A stretch of 64,000 bases of DNA from Verrucomicrobiota bacterium (GCA_049522015.1 JBEKOG010000024.1:5291-69290); one strand, 5' to 3'. Positions 1 to 9,261 are shown, counted from the stretch's first letter. The notes: generated from the sequence alone by a model not told the origin. Translations and numbers: made by a program.

Positions 1-812
1 GCGACCGCCAGCCAGTCCACGAAAACGATTCCCGCAAGCAGGCCCGACACAATGTGCCCGACATTGGCTTCGCCCGCCTGAAAAATTGTCCGCACCCAAA
101 GTGCGACCCACAGCGCGAGCACGAGCGACAACCACATTGCGGGAACGCGATATTCCGCCGAGTTTATCAGCATGGCGAAAAAGATCGGCGCCGCCAGCAT
201 GGCCAATGGCCAATAAGAAACCCGTCCGCGGGAACTTTCGTGCTGCGCCAGGTAACCCCGGCCGGCCACATACAACGCCAGCGCGACGCCGCACCAAACC
301 GGCCCGCCGTTGACGCCCGCCGCGCCCGCTGAACCGGCGATGACATACACCCAGAACCGGCACAAGCCCATCAGCCACGGCGATGCGGTGACGACCTTGT
401 GCGTCGCGTCGTAAATGATGATGCACAGGAGCAGCGCCAGCGTGAGTGCCCCGGTCGTTTTGCTCACGGCAGTCAAACACAGCGCGCCCAGACCGAGCCA
501 AGCCAATCCCCAGCGCCAGACGGCTGGCAACGAAATCGCACCGGACGGTATCGGCCGTTCCGCGCGCCGCTGGCGGTCGAAATCCGCGTCAAACGCGTCG
601 TTCAAAAACATTCCGCCGGTGTACAGCGCGCTTACGCCCAGAAACAGCAGCGGCAGTTTCGCAAAATTTCCGCCACCGCCCAGCCACCAGCCGGCCAGAC
701 AATTCGACCAGACCGTTGGCAAATGCGACACGCGACTCAAAGCCAGCAACGCGCGCAGCGGCCGCTGTTTGGCGCCGGACGGGTGCAAATGCTTGATTTG
801 TTCTGCATCCAT
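1..812 (-). CDS. UbiA-family prenyltransferase (EboC-like), runs off the window start
   Basis: Manual translation from ATG at 812: ...LALSRVSHLPTVWSNCLAG...GGMFLNDAFDADFDRQRRAERPIPSG, the UbiA NDxxDxxxD and RPIPSG motifs, with many TM segments. Absent from the ORF track because it is truncated. Confidence 0.85.
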   Translation of the reverse strand, partial: MDAEQIKHLHPSGAKQRPLRALLALSRVSHLPTVWSNCLAGWWLGGGGNFAKLPLLFLGVSALYTGGMFLNDAFDADFDRQRRAERPIPSGAISLPAVWRWGLAWLGLGALCLTAVSKTTGALTLALLLCIIIYDATHKVVTASPWLMGLCRFWVYVIAGSAGAAGVNGGPVWCGVALALYVAGRGYLAQHESSRGRVSYWPLAMLAAPIFFAMLINSAEYRVPAMWLSLVLALWVALWVRTIFQAGEANVGHIVSGLLAGIVFVDWLAV

Positions 813-914
813 GCGGTAAAAGATGAAGCGAAATAAAGGTTTGGCAAGGCACAAACTGGCGTTGACACATTGGGCGCAAACGTATAACTTGACGGCAAAA
901 CTGCAAACCAAGCC

Positions 915-1682
915 ATGTTGATTCGCATCAGTCTGATTTTGGCCATTATTGCGGCGCTGGCCGCGGGCACGTTAAACATCCTTCTGGTGAAGGATAAAAT
1001 CACCACGCTGATTTCGCAACGTGACGATGAACGTGGCAAAAAGCAACAAGCCCAGTCCGATCTCTCCAAAGCAAAGACCGATCTGACGAAGTCACAAGCC
1101 GCGCTCAAGCAGACCACCCAGGATTTAGCTGATTCGAAGTCCGAACGCGACAAGGCGGTCGTCACCGCCACGGCGCAGACCAAGCGCGCTGATGAATTGT
1201 CGGACAAACTTGCCAAGACCACACAGGAGCGTGACGACACGCAAAACCAACTGGCCGCTTACAAGGCCACCGGCATCACTCCGGATCAAGTCGGCAAACT
1301 CAGCCGTGCGCTGAAAGAATCACAAGAGGCGGTCGAAATCGTTAACGAAGAAAAATTGGTTTTGATGCGCAAAGTTACCCGCTTGACCAGCGAACTCGCC
1401 AAATTTGTGGGTCCGGACCCAACCATCCGATTGCGCGCGGACCTCAGGGGCAAAATTCTGGTGGTTGATCCGAAATGGGATTTTGTCGTGCTGAACATCG
1501 GCCAGGATCAGGGGGTTCTCGAAAACGGTGAGCTTTTAGTCAGCCGGGAAGGCAAGCTGGTTGCCAAAATTGTCGTGCGCAGTGTCGAAAAAAACCGCTG
1601 CATTGCCAATGTCGTGCCGGGTTGGAAACTCGGCGAAGTGATTGAAGGCGATGAGGTCAGCCCTGCACATCCTGCCTCCTGA
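915..1682 (+). CDS. Membrane-anchored coiled-coil protein with a C-terminal beta-rich domain, function unknown
   Basis: N-terminal TM helix, long helical K/Q/A/D-rich stalk, C-terminal GKILVVDPKWDFVVLNIG...VAKIVVRSV domain. Confidence 0.75.
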   Translation: MLIRISLILAIIAALAAGTLNILLVKDKITTLISQRDDERGKKQQAQSDLSKAKTDLTKSQAALKQTTQDLADSKSERDKAVVTATAQTKRADELSDKLAKTTQERDDTQNQLAAYKATGITPDQVGKLSRALKESQEAVEIVNEEKLVLMRKVTRLTSELAKFVGPDPTIRLRADLRGKILVVDPKWDFVVLNIGQDQGVLENGELLVSREGKLVAKIVVRSVEKNRCIANVVPGWKLGEVIEGDEVSPAHPAS

Positions 1683-1683
1683 C

Positions 1684-1854
1684 ATGAAATGCCGCGTTGT
1701 GAGATGGCTCCTGCTCCTTTTGCTTGGCGGTATGCTTGTTGGTGTCAGTGGTTGCGAAACCAATGAGCCGGAAAATGATTCAGTCCGCCCGTGGAACACG
1801 CCGCAAGGCTGGGAAGGCACCATGCCCATGATGAACCAGCAGCAGCAGCATTAA
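1684..1854 (+). CDS. Small lipoprotein (56 aa)
   Basis: ATG immediately after the upstream stop; signal peptide with lipobox VSG-C, followed by RPWNTPQGWEG. Confidence 0.7.
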   Translation: MKCRVVRWLLLLLLGGMLVGVSGCETNEPENDSVRPWNTPQGWEGTMPMMNQQQQH

Positions 1855-1872
1855 TCATCATCACGCCGCCCT

Positions 1873-2457
1873 TCAACCCGCAATTTCCGCACCGCGCGTC
1901 GGTGTCAAAATAAAATTCATGCGCACGTCCGACGGTCCGGCCGGGACTTCATTCACCATCTGCCCGTCACAGGTGATTCCGCATTTCACCCCGCGCGTGC
2001 CTGCCAGCAAACGGTCGTAAAATCCTTTGCCGCGGCCCAGCCGGCCCCCGTGCCAGTCAAACGCGACGCCGGGCACGAGAATCAAATCAAGACGGCTTAA
2101 GGGGATTTCAGGGCACCGGGCTGCCGGTTCGCGGATGCCAAACTGCCCGGTTACGATGTCACTCCGCACATTTTGCACCCGGCACGCAACGTAGTTTTTG
2201 TCCGCCGGATGGTAGCGGGGCAGGGCGGCGATTTTCCCCCCTGCCAGCGCAGCCTCCAACAACGGCCATAAATCCAATTCGTCCGGCCGCGACGCGAAGA
2301 ACAGGACCGATCCGGCGTTTTTCCAAACGTCCTGTTCCTTGAGCCGGTCGCGAATTTGCGCCGACAACGCGGTGCGCGCCGCCGGGGAAATCTTTTCCAG
2401 CGCACCGCGGATTTGTTTTCGCAGCGCGGCCTTGGCCGCTTGAATGTCGGGTTGCAT
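1873..2457 (-). CDS. ygfA: 5-formyltetrahydrofolate cyclo-ligase
   Basis: KAALRKQIR N-terminus, FGIREP, and DLILVPGVAFD..GGRLGRGKGFYDR signature. Confidence 0.93.
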   Translation of the reverse strand: MQPDIQAAKAALRKQIRGALEKISPAARTALSAQIRDRLKEQDVWKNAGSVLFFASRPDELDLWPLLEAALAGGKIAALPRYHPADKNYVACRVQNVRSDIVTGQFGIREPAARCPEIPLSRLDLILVPGVAFDWHGGRLGRGKGFYDRLLAGTRGVKCGITCDGQMVNEVPAGPSDVRMNFILTPTRGAEIAG

Positions 2458-2484
2458 TTTCAGGAAACAAAAAATTCAAAAATA

Positions 2485-2904
2485 ACCACGGATGAACACG
2501 GCGTAAAGCCGCGTGGCGGCCACGCCGCTATACGCGGATGGACACGGATAAAATATGGATTGACTGGTAGGGCGGGCAGTCCTTCCGCCTTCGCGGCGCG
2601 CCAAAGCGCCGCTACGGCGCGACGGCGGCTGGCCGCCGCTCGTCCGAATGCAAACTTCGGCGCGCACGGAGTGACGCGCCCTACCTTTAGATAATTTGCC
2701 CCATCCATAATACAATCCTGCAACTTCGCGCACGGATGACAAAGATTTGGACTGCGGTGGCAGAGCGCAGCGGCGACACCGCTTTCCGCACGGCCGGTTG
2801 CTTCCCAAAGCGGCGTGGCTCCCGCTCTGCGGGATTCCCGCCGCAGTCCAAAATCTGTGGTTACGGCGCAAGCCGCGTTAGGTTTATCCGTGTTCATCCG
2901 TGGT
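2485..2904. repeat. Nested palindromic (REP/MITE-like) intergenic repeats
   Basis: Outer 17-bp perfect inverted repeat ACCACGGATGAACACGG (2485-2501 / 2888-2904). Inner GGTAGGGCG...CGCCCTACC (2566-2685) and TTTGGACTGCGG...CCGCAGTCCAAA (2746-2852). Confidence 0.8.
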
Positions 2905-4270
2905 CAAGGTTTTGTTTTTTGATCTTGGTAAATTCCGCGCGCCATTTTTCAACCCGCTCCTTGATTTTCTTTTCCACGCCCTGTTCGGTCGGTTCGTAAT
3001 AATGCTTGTCCGCGCCAAGATAATCCTGCGCGACGAAATGTTCGGGATGGTCGTGCGCGTATTCGTAACCCTGGCCATGACCCAGCCGTTCGGCGCCTTT
3101 ATAATGAGTGTCCCGCAAATGTTCCGGCACCGGCAGCGTGCGACCGGAGCGGACGTCTTCGAGCGCGGCGTCAATCGCCAGATACGCGCTGTTGCTCTTG
3201 TTGGCGGTGGCAATATAGACCGTCGCTTCGGCCAGCGGAATCCGCGCCTCGGGCCAGCCCACAAATTCCGATGCCGACAACGCCGCATTGGCCAGCACCA
3301 GCGCCATCGGGTCGGCCAGACCCACATCTTCCGCCGCGCAAATCACAATCCGCCGCGCAATGAAACGCGGGTCTTCACCAGCGTGAATCATCTTCGCCAG
3401 CCAGTACAGCGCCGCGTCCGGGTCGCTGCCGCGCATGGATTTGATGAACGCGGAAATCGTGTCGTAGTGCGCGTCTTCGTCGTCATACACCACGGCCTTT
3501 TTCTGGATGCTTTGCTCGGCGGCGGCCAGGTCAATGTGAACGACTCCCTTTTTGTCCGGCGGCGTGGTGAGCGCGGCAATTTCGAGCGCGTTCAAAGCCT
3601 TGCGCGCGTCGCCGTCGGCAATTTTGGCGAGATGGCGCAAGGCATCTTCTTCCGCCTTGATCTTCAGGTAGCCGAGTCCGCGTTCGGCGTCGGCCAGGGC
3701 GCGTTGCACGAGCGAGAAAAGCTCGTCTTCGGTCAGCGGCCGGAGCTCAAAAATCTGCGAGCGCGAAACGAGCGGCGAATTGACGAAGAAAAACGGGTTG
3801 TGCGTGGTGGCGCCGATGAGCCGCACAACGCCGCTCTCGACATCCGGCAGCAGCACGTCCTGCTGCGCTTTGTTGAAACGATGGATTTCGTCAATGAACA
3901 GAATCGTCGGCTGGCCGGTGTTTTCGAGGCGGTTGGCCGCGGATGCCAGCACGCGGCGCATGTCAGCGACATTGGATTCGACGCCGCTGAGCCGCTCGAA
4001 TTTGCTTTTGGTCTGGCGCGCGATGATTTGGGCGAGCGACGTTTTGCCCGTGCCGGGCGGCCCGAAGAAAATCAGCGATTGGATGCGGTCGGCCTCGATG
4101 GCGCGGCGCAGCAACTGGCCGGGGCCGAGGATGTGCGTCTGTCCGGCGAACTCGTCGAGATGGCGTGGCCGCATTCGCGCGGCCAGCGGCTGATGGCGGG
4201 AAGATTCCGGCGTGGCCGAAGCGCGCGGCTTCGATTCAGCCGGAGTTGCAAACAAATCGTCGCGCGCCAT
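2894..4270 (-). CDS. rarA: Replication-associated recombination protein A (RarA/MgsA AAA+ ATPase)
   Basis: PLAARMRP, Walker A GPPGTGKT, Walker B ILFIDEIHRF, GATTHNP, and HYDTISAFIKSMRGSDPDAA. Confidence 0.95.
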   Translation of the reverse strand: MARDDLFATPAESKPRASATPESSRHQPLAARMRPRHLDEFAGQTHILGPGQLLRRAIEADRIQSLIFFGPPGTGKTSLAQIIARQTKSKFERLSGVESNVADMRRVLASAANRLENTGQPTILFIDEIHRFNKAQQDVLLPDVESGVVRLIGATTHNPFFFVNSPLVSRSQIFELRPLTEDELFSLVQRALADAERGLGYLKIKAEEDALRHLAKIADGDARKALNALEIAALTTPPDKKGVVHIDLAAAEQSIQKKAVVYDDEDAHYDTISAFIKSMRGSDPDAALYWLAKMIHAGEDPRFIARRIVICAAEDVGLADPMALVLANAALSASEFVGWPEARIPLAEATVYIATANKSNSAYLAIDAALEDVRSGRTLPVPEHLRDTHYKGAERLGHGQGYEYAHDHPEHFVAQDYLGADKHYYEPTEQGVEKKIKERVEKWRAEFTKIKKQNLDHG

Positions 4271-4309
4271 GAATTAAAATTAGCAGTTGGCAGAAGATTT
4301 GCCCAAAAC

Positions 4310-4336
4310 AAAAAAAGGCCGCCGACCGGCGGGTCT
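4310..4336 (-). terminator. Probable Rho-independent terminator downstream of the 6S RNA
   Basis: Minus strand reads CCGCC-GGTC-GGCGG followed by CC and a T7 tract. Confidence 0.5.
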
Positions 4337-4375
4337 AAATTCTTCATTCTGCATTCGTCATTCAACATTAAAATA

Positions 4376-4554
4376 AAACCCCGCCCTTGCCGTGTGCGAC
4401 ATGATCCTTTGAACATGTTTTACAACATGCGGAACCCGCCGGGCTGCTTTCGACTTCCAGTGAAGGCGTGTCGGCCACAGTCACAGATTGGCTCCATTGA
4501 TCGTTTTACTACGGTTCAAGGATTTGTTGCGAATCACGAACAGGGCAGGGAAAT
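4376..4554 (-). ncRNA. ssrS: 6S RNA
   Basis: About 180 nt. The 5' arm ATTTCCCTGCCCTGTTCGTG...TCCTTGAACC pairs with the 3' arm GTTCAAAGGA...CACGGCAAGGGCGGGG around an A-rich central bubble. It resembles the E. coli 6S arms (ATTTCTCTG..TGTTCG..CCTGAGCCG / GTTCAAGGG) and lies upstream of ygfA on the same strand. Confidence 0.8.
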
Positions 4555-4717
4555 CCGGTTAAACTTTCCAAAGAACAACGCGCGATTTTTCACTCGCGCT
4601 TTTCTGGTATATTACATCGCCCCAAGCAGGCATTTTCACAAGAATTATTTTTCAGTAAATTTCCCGGGACGCCCTTGACAAACGCATAAAGAGTTTTCCG
4701 AAAAACGCGGTGCCCGG

Positions 4718-6463
4718 CTATTCCACCTCCACCGTCACCACGCCCAGAATTTTTGTTTCCCGGCGTTGCAACAGGCGGCCCAGCGGTCCGAGTGTCTGCC
4801 AGTAGGCAAACGCCACCAGCGCCGCGAGCAGGAAAGATAGGATTAGATTGACCGACACCACATCCGGCCAGCCGGCCAGCCGCCACAGCAATTCGGCCAG
4901 TGGCGGTACGAATGCCGGGGCCATGGCGACAGGGAAAAGCATCTGACAGAGGATCATTACCAGCATTGTCAGGCCGGGCATTTTGGTCGGCTTCATCGAA
5001 CCGGGTTGGATGCGGTAAGGTGCGAGAATGGAGAGCAGATTGCCGCCAAGACCGGCAATCAACAACAGGGTGACCAACTGAAACAATGTTGCGATGACAT
5101 CGAGCAATGGCAGTTGCAACCGCACGGAAGTCAGTGTGAGCAACAGGATGCCGAAGAGGGCGCTGGCGGGCAGGCCCGCGAGGTTTTTGCCGAGCAGGAT
5201 GAGGCGCCGGTCCGCGGGAGAAAGGATCAGGGCGCGGAAGCCGTCGCGGTCAAAACCAAACTGGTTCACGAAAAAGCGGACGAGCATGAACATGGAGAAC
5301 ACGATTGAACCGGTTGCCATGAATGGCTTCGCCGTGTCCGGGAAATGGGGCGGAGAGCGAAGGAAGAACATTACGCCGAAAATCACCGTCACCAAAAACG
5401 AGCTTCCCAATGCAATTTTCACCTCAGGAGCCCGGAGCATTGAACGGAATGTCGCCAGCGCCAGCGCGGCGGCCTGTTCCGGCACGGCGGGGAGGCGGAG
5501 TTCGAGAAAACGACTGCCACCTTTGGCCGGTGCGGCCACCGCGGCGGTGTTGCCGGCCGGCTTGATTTGCGCCGGGGCCATCCCGCCGGTTTCACCGTAA
5601 TAAAAGCGCACCGTGCTGCGATACGCGCGGCGCAGACCGAGTGCGCCAAGGCCGAGACAGCCGAGCGTGCCGAGCAACGCGGGCAACACGCGTCCCTCTG
5701 CCAGTCCCTGCGCGCCGAGCGGCAGCCAGAGCGGCGGGATGAACTTCTGCGCGGCGAGCAGTTGATTGAGTTTTTCCCGTTCGACGGGCCGGCGCGCTTC
5801 CTGGCTAGTGGTGGACTGCCGGTTGGGATGAAAGTCCTCCCGATGGATGACGTTGAAATAAAGGTTGGGTCCCTGGCTGAGCAGGATGAAGGCGAAGGTG
5901 ATGCCCATGATGATTGAGCGGCGGCGGCGCGGGTTGGTCATCAGCGTCGCCAGCCAGCCGCGCAGGCAATACGTCCACGCCGTGATCATGAAGACCATGC
6001 TCAAGGCGAGTGGAATCAGCAAAACCATCTCCAGTCCGCGGGCGAACACGAGACCAATGCCCAGCCCCAGCATGATGGGGACGCCCACGATGATGCTCAA
6101 CGCAAAGTGCGATACGAGGTAATTGACGACGAACATCTGGCCCAGCGCAACCGGCAGGTGCATGAGCCGTTGCAAATCTATGGTCTCGGAGCGTTGCAAT
6201 TCGGCGAGCAGGCCGATCAGCCAGAAGAAAAGAAACGCGGCGGTGACGCCGAACCAGATCCCCATGATGACCAGCGGCGATGCCTGGGGCAGGCCGAAGG
6301 CCGCGCCGAGCAAGGCGCCCACGAAGCACAGCCCGCCCATCACGAATGCGCCCAGTCCGGCGAGCACGGCGATGACCGCGCCCAGCCCGCCGCTGCGCGC
6401 CCACTGATTGCGCGTGAGCCGCCAGCGCAGCCAGAGGATGGTCTTGAGTTGGCTCCAATTCAT
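4718..6463 (-). CDS. ABC exporter permease (multi-TM, ABC-2-like)
   Basis: About 12-14 hydrophobic segments, NQFGFDRDGFRALILSP motif, directly downstream of an ABC ATPase. Confidence 0.8.
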   Translation of the reverse strand: MNWSQLKTILWLRWRLTRNQWARSGGLGAVIAVLAGLGAFVMGGLCFVGALLGAAFGLPQASPLVIMGIWFGVTAAFLFFWLIGLLAELQRSETIDLQRLMHLPVALGQMFVVNYLVSHFALSIIVGVPIMLGLGIGLVFARGLEMVLLIPLALSMVFMITAWTYCLRGWLATLMTNPRRRRSIIMGITFAFILLSQGPNLYFNVIHREDFHPNRQSTTSQEARRPVEREKLNQLLAAQKFIPPLWLPLGAQGLAEGRVLPALLGTLGCLGLGALGLRRAYRSTVRFYYGETGGMAPAQIKPAGNTAAVAAPAKGGSRFLELRLPAVPEQAAALALATFRSMLRAPEVKIALGSSFLVTVIFGVMFFLRSPPHFPDTAKPFMATGSIVFSMFMLVRFFVNQFGFDRDGFRALILSPADRRLILLGKNLAGLPASALFGILLLTLTSVRLQLPLLDVIATLFQLVTLLLIAGLGGNLLSILAPYRIQPGSMKPTKMPGLTMLVMILCQMLFPVAMAPAFVPPLAELLWRLAGWPDVVSVNLILSFLLAALVAFAYWQTLGPLGRLLQRRETKILGVVTVEVE

Positions 6464-6526
6464 AGAGTTACCACTGTCAGGCGCCGCCCGGATGTTTTTG
6501 CATCATTCGCGGGGGTTGTGAAGCTT

Positions 6527-6779
6527 TGGAGTGATGGAGTTTTGGGTGAAGAACGTTTTGGGTGCAAAGGGACACCGTATCTGGAGCGCGGCTGTTCCAG
6601 CCGCAGCAGATTTAAAAAACAGGTGCGTTTACCCTGATACCATCGCGTTTTTTGTTTCGTGCTTGCTGCGCCCGGGACAGGCGCGCTCCGTCGGTTTGGC
6701 GGCCGCACAGATACAGTGTTAATTTGTGCCCGAACGTTTTCCACCCGGCACTCCAACACTCGATGACTCCATCTCTCCA
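6527..6779. repeat. Nested inverted repeats between the ABC ATPase and permease
   Basis: Outer TGGAGTGATGGAGT (6527-6540) versus 6766-6779 (13/14). Inner GGAGCGCGGCTGTTCCAGCCGCAGCA (6583-6608) versus 6664-6689 (22/26). Confidence 0.75.
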
Positions 6780-6784
6780 TTGCC

Positions 6785-7546
6785 TCATGCCTCCAGCCAG
6801 CTCAACTTCTGAACCTCGTGCCCGTCGCTGCCCACCACCGCGAGGAATTTGTCCTCCAGCGAGCCGGCGCGCCGCAATTCCTCCATCGTGCCCTGGTGAA
6901 CCAGTTTTCCCTGCGCGATGATGCCGACGTCCGAGCAAAGTTTCTCCACGATCTCCAGCACGTGTGAGGTGAGGAAAACCGTCGCGCCGCGGCTGACACA
7001 TTGCTTGAGCGTGTCGCGCAAGACCCGCGACGCCACCGCGTCCACACCCTCGAACGGTTCATCGAGGAACAGGAGGTCGGGGTTGGGAATCAGCGCGGCG
7101 GCGAGGGCGAGTTTCTTTTTCATTCCGTGTGAGAATTCCAGCGTCAGCTTCTTTTCCTCATGTGCCAGGTCCATCATGGCCAGCAACTCGTCGCAGCGGG
7201 CGCGCACCGTGTCGCGCGGCAGCAGGTACATGCGGCCGACGAAGGTGAGGTATTCGCGCGCCGTCAGGTTGTCGAACAGCGCGAGGTTTTCCGGCACCAC
7301 GCCGATGCGGCGCTTCACCTCCAGTGCGCGGCGCGGGTCGGCCACGTCCTCGCCGAGGATGCGCATCGTGCCACCGCTCGGCGCCAGCAGGCCGGTGAGC
7401 ATCTTGATGGTGGTGGATTTGCCCGCGCCGTTGGGGCCAAGGAAACCGTAAAATCGTCCGGATTCGACGCGGAGGTTCAATTCATTGACTGCGCGGAACT
7501 TCCCGAAATCACGCGTCAGGTTGGAGGTCTCGATGGCGACATTCAT
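6785..7546 (-). CDS. ABC transporter ATP-binding protein
   Basis: GPNGAGKST, FSHGMKKK signature, LFLDEP Walker B, TSH switch. Confidence 0.95.
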   Translation of the reverse strand: MNVAIETSNLTRDFGKFRAVNELNLRVESGRFYGFLGPNGAGKSTTIKMLTGLLAPSGGTMRILGEDVADPRRALEVKRRIGVVPENLALFDNLTAREYLTFVGRMYLLPRDTVRARCDELLAMMDLAHEEKKLTLEFSHGMKKKLALAAALIPNPDLLFLDEPFEGVDAVASRVLRDTLKQCVSRGATVFLTSHVLEIVEKLCSDVGIIAQGKLVHQGTMEELRRAGSLEDKFLAVVGSDGHEVQKLSWLEA

Positions 7547-7662
7547 GGGCTGGCAATGGGCCGGAAACTACCGGGTGCTGGCTGCCGGAGCAATTGTAAA
7601 GCGAATCAAGCGGCTGGTTCGGAGTGCAACTCGACACTGTTCTTGAACAAGCAAACCTGGGT

Positions 7663-7741
7663 TGGCAGGAACGGGCGACTGGAAAGTTGTCCGAACCCGC
7701 GGACAGGAATGTCCGCGCTACGTGTGGCGCAGGCTTTCCAG
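7663..7741. repeat. REP-like palindromic element
   Basis: Adjacent hairpins, including CGCGGACA-GGAA-TGTCCGCG followed by CTAC, in non-coding DNA. Confidence 0.55.
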
Positions 7742-7881
7742 TCCCCAGTCGAGATTAGTGTCGCATTGCACCTTGCGGCCGGCTACAGCTGCTTCCAAGG
7801 TTGCCTGAACGCACACGACCTGCAATATTGGCTCGCCGTCGAAACGCAGGGGTTTCCTGCTGTCGCCTGAAAATTCTGATC

Positions 7882-8136
7882 ATGAAAATCCGACGCCATC
7901 GAAGATTTCGCCTGTGGGCGGGGGTGGTTTTTTTACTGGCTCTCGCGTCGTTCGCCCGCAGGCAGGACGGAAATCACGAGAGCCTGCAACTCGACCTGAC
8001 TTATCCGACGATGAGACTTTTCGGCAGCTTCAGTTTATATCTGGACGTGCAATACTTCACCGGCTATGGCGAAAGCCTGTTGGGTTACAATAAAAAATCG
8101 GATGAACTCCGCGCGGGCTTTTCGCTTTTCCGATAA
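7882..8136 (+). pseudogene. Internally deleted outer-membrane phospholipase A (PldA-like): signal peptide joined to the last beta strands
   Basis: C-terminal LYLDVQYFTGYGESLLGYN...RAGFSLFR matches the PldA C-terminus (GYGESL.DYN). Only 84 aa, no catalytic HxSNG. Confidence 0.65.
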
Positions 8137-8269
8137 CCGGCGCTCAACTCCCGCTTCTCGCCAAACGGGGGAGGATCGGGGTGAGGATTACCAGGAATAT
8201 AAACACTCCAACTTTTTTGACTCGCGTTCGCGGCGCTGAACCCGGATGTTCGGAACTGAATCTGACACT

Positions 8270-8401
8270 ATGCAATCCGCCCTGACCATCAACGGCGGCT
8301 CGTCGAGCATCAAGTTCGCACTCTACCATGTCGAAGAACCACTGAAGCGAGGGCTTTATGGAAAGATTGATCGCATCGGCCTTCGTATTCCGCAACGGTG
8401 A
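8270..8401 (+). pseudogene. 5' stub of an acetate kinase
   Basis: 8281-8380 is 95/100 identical to ackA 42608-42707 (LTINGGSSSIKFALY...); stops after 43 aa. Confidence 0.85.
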
Positions 8402-8426
8402 CCTCAGACCACGACTGCGGAGGGAA

Positions 8427-9086
8427 TCACCAGATATGGATAATAATGTGATTCTCGACTTCGGACACGCCGGGGGCAGACCGGGCGGCGCGCTCGGCTT
8501 CCTCACGCTCTAAACAACTGCCAAGGGTGCCGCGGAGCACCACCTTGCTTCCGGAAGTCTCCACCGTGATTTTCTGGGCGTCGAGCAGAGCGTGCCGCTC
8601 AAAGGCGGCCTTAATCACCGTGTTTACGTCCGAGGGTGTCGGTTGCTTCGGTCTAATTATGATTAAATTGTTAATCCCTTTGACCCCCGTCAAACGCTGC
8701 ACCGCTTCTTCAGCGGCATACTTCTGGTGCGCCCACTCGACAACACCCTTCAAAGTAAGCCAGCCATCGCGGACCGTTACCGTGACCGCGCCGGTCGGAA
8801 CCGTGACAATCCAGTCCAACGATTTGGCCGCGGCAGCAGCAATCTCGTCGTCGGTGCGGCGGGAGGAAGCAGGCAGATGAACGGCAATTTCATCCGCCAC
8901 CCCCTTCACCCCGGCAACCCGTTTGGCCGCGTGCGCCGCCGCCTCTTTCGCGGCATAACTGCTCACCGAGCCATTGAGCAATACACCCCCTTGCTTCACC
9001 AAGACACCAATGTCCGCGGCGTTGATGCTGGGCTCGTATGCGAGTTCAGCCAATATGTCCTTTTTCAATTCCAGGTCAGTTTTCAT
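8427..9086 (-). CDS. BON-domain (OsmY-like) protein, 3 domains
   Basis: Repeated D..I...V.V..G.V.L.G.V...A..V.GV..V.N.I units. Confidence 0.9.
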   Translation of the reverse strand: MKTDLELKKDILAELAYEPSINAADIGVLVKQGGVLLNGSVSSYAAKEAAAHAAKRVAGVKGVADEIAVHLPASSRRTDDEIAAAAAKSLDWIVTVPTGAVTVTVRDGWLTLKGVVEWAHQKYAAEEAVQRLTGVKGINNLIIIRPKQPTPSDVNTVIKAAFERHALLDAQKITVETSGSKVVLRGTLGSCLEREEAERAARSAPGVSEVENHIIIHIW

Positions 9087-9261
9087 AAACCGGATCTTTC
9101 ATTCGTTGATGGTGGCCCTGCACTCGACACCAATCAGTCTCATTCCAGAAGCAGCATAATTGCCCTGCCAAAAAAGTCAGCGCCAAAACGCCCGGGAATT
9201 TATGTTGGATTGAGCGTTCGGCCGGATATAATAATTCAGGTGGACATTGAGAATTCCGACA

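Noticed and set aside
1-812. Complete ebo gene cluster
   Set aside because: Only one truncated UbiA-family gene is visible; other ebo genes cannot be assessed in this window.
2458-2893. 6S RNA directly upstream of ygfA, and the ORFs listed in this spacer
   Set aside because: The spacer is explained by nested repeats; the 6S-like structure lies at 4376-4554. The ORFs are repeat-derived.
2900-4678. 592-aa plus-strand ORF and similar long antisense ORFs (e.g. 13539-15056, 15823-17226, 24589-26271, 55182-56519)
   Set aside because: Shadow frames opposite well-supported genes in GC-rich DNA, with no recognisable motifs.
8281-8380. ackA stub and gene as a diversity-generating retroelement TR/VR pair
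   Set aside because: The differences are not confined to adenines of one copy, are mostly synonymous, and no reverse transcriptase is present.
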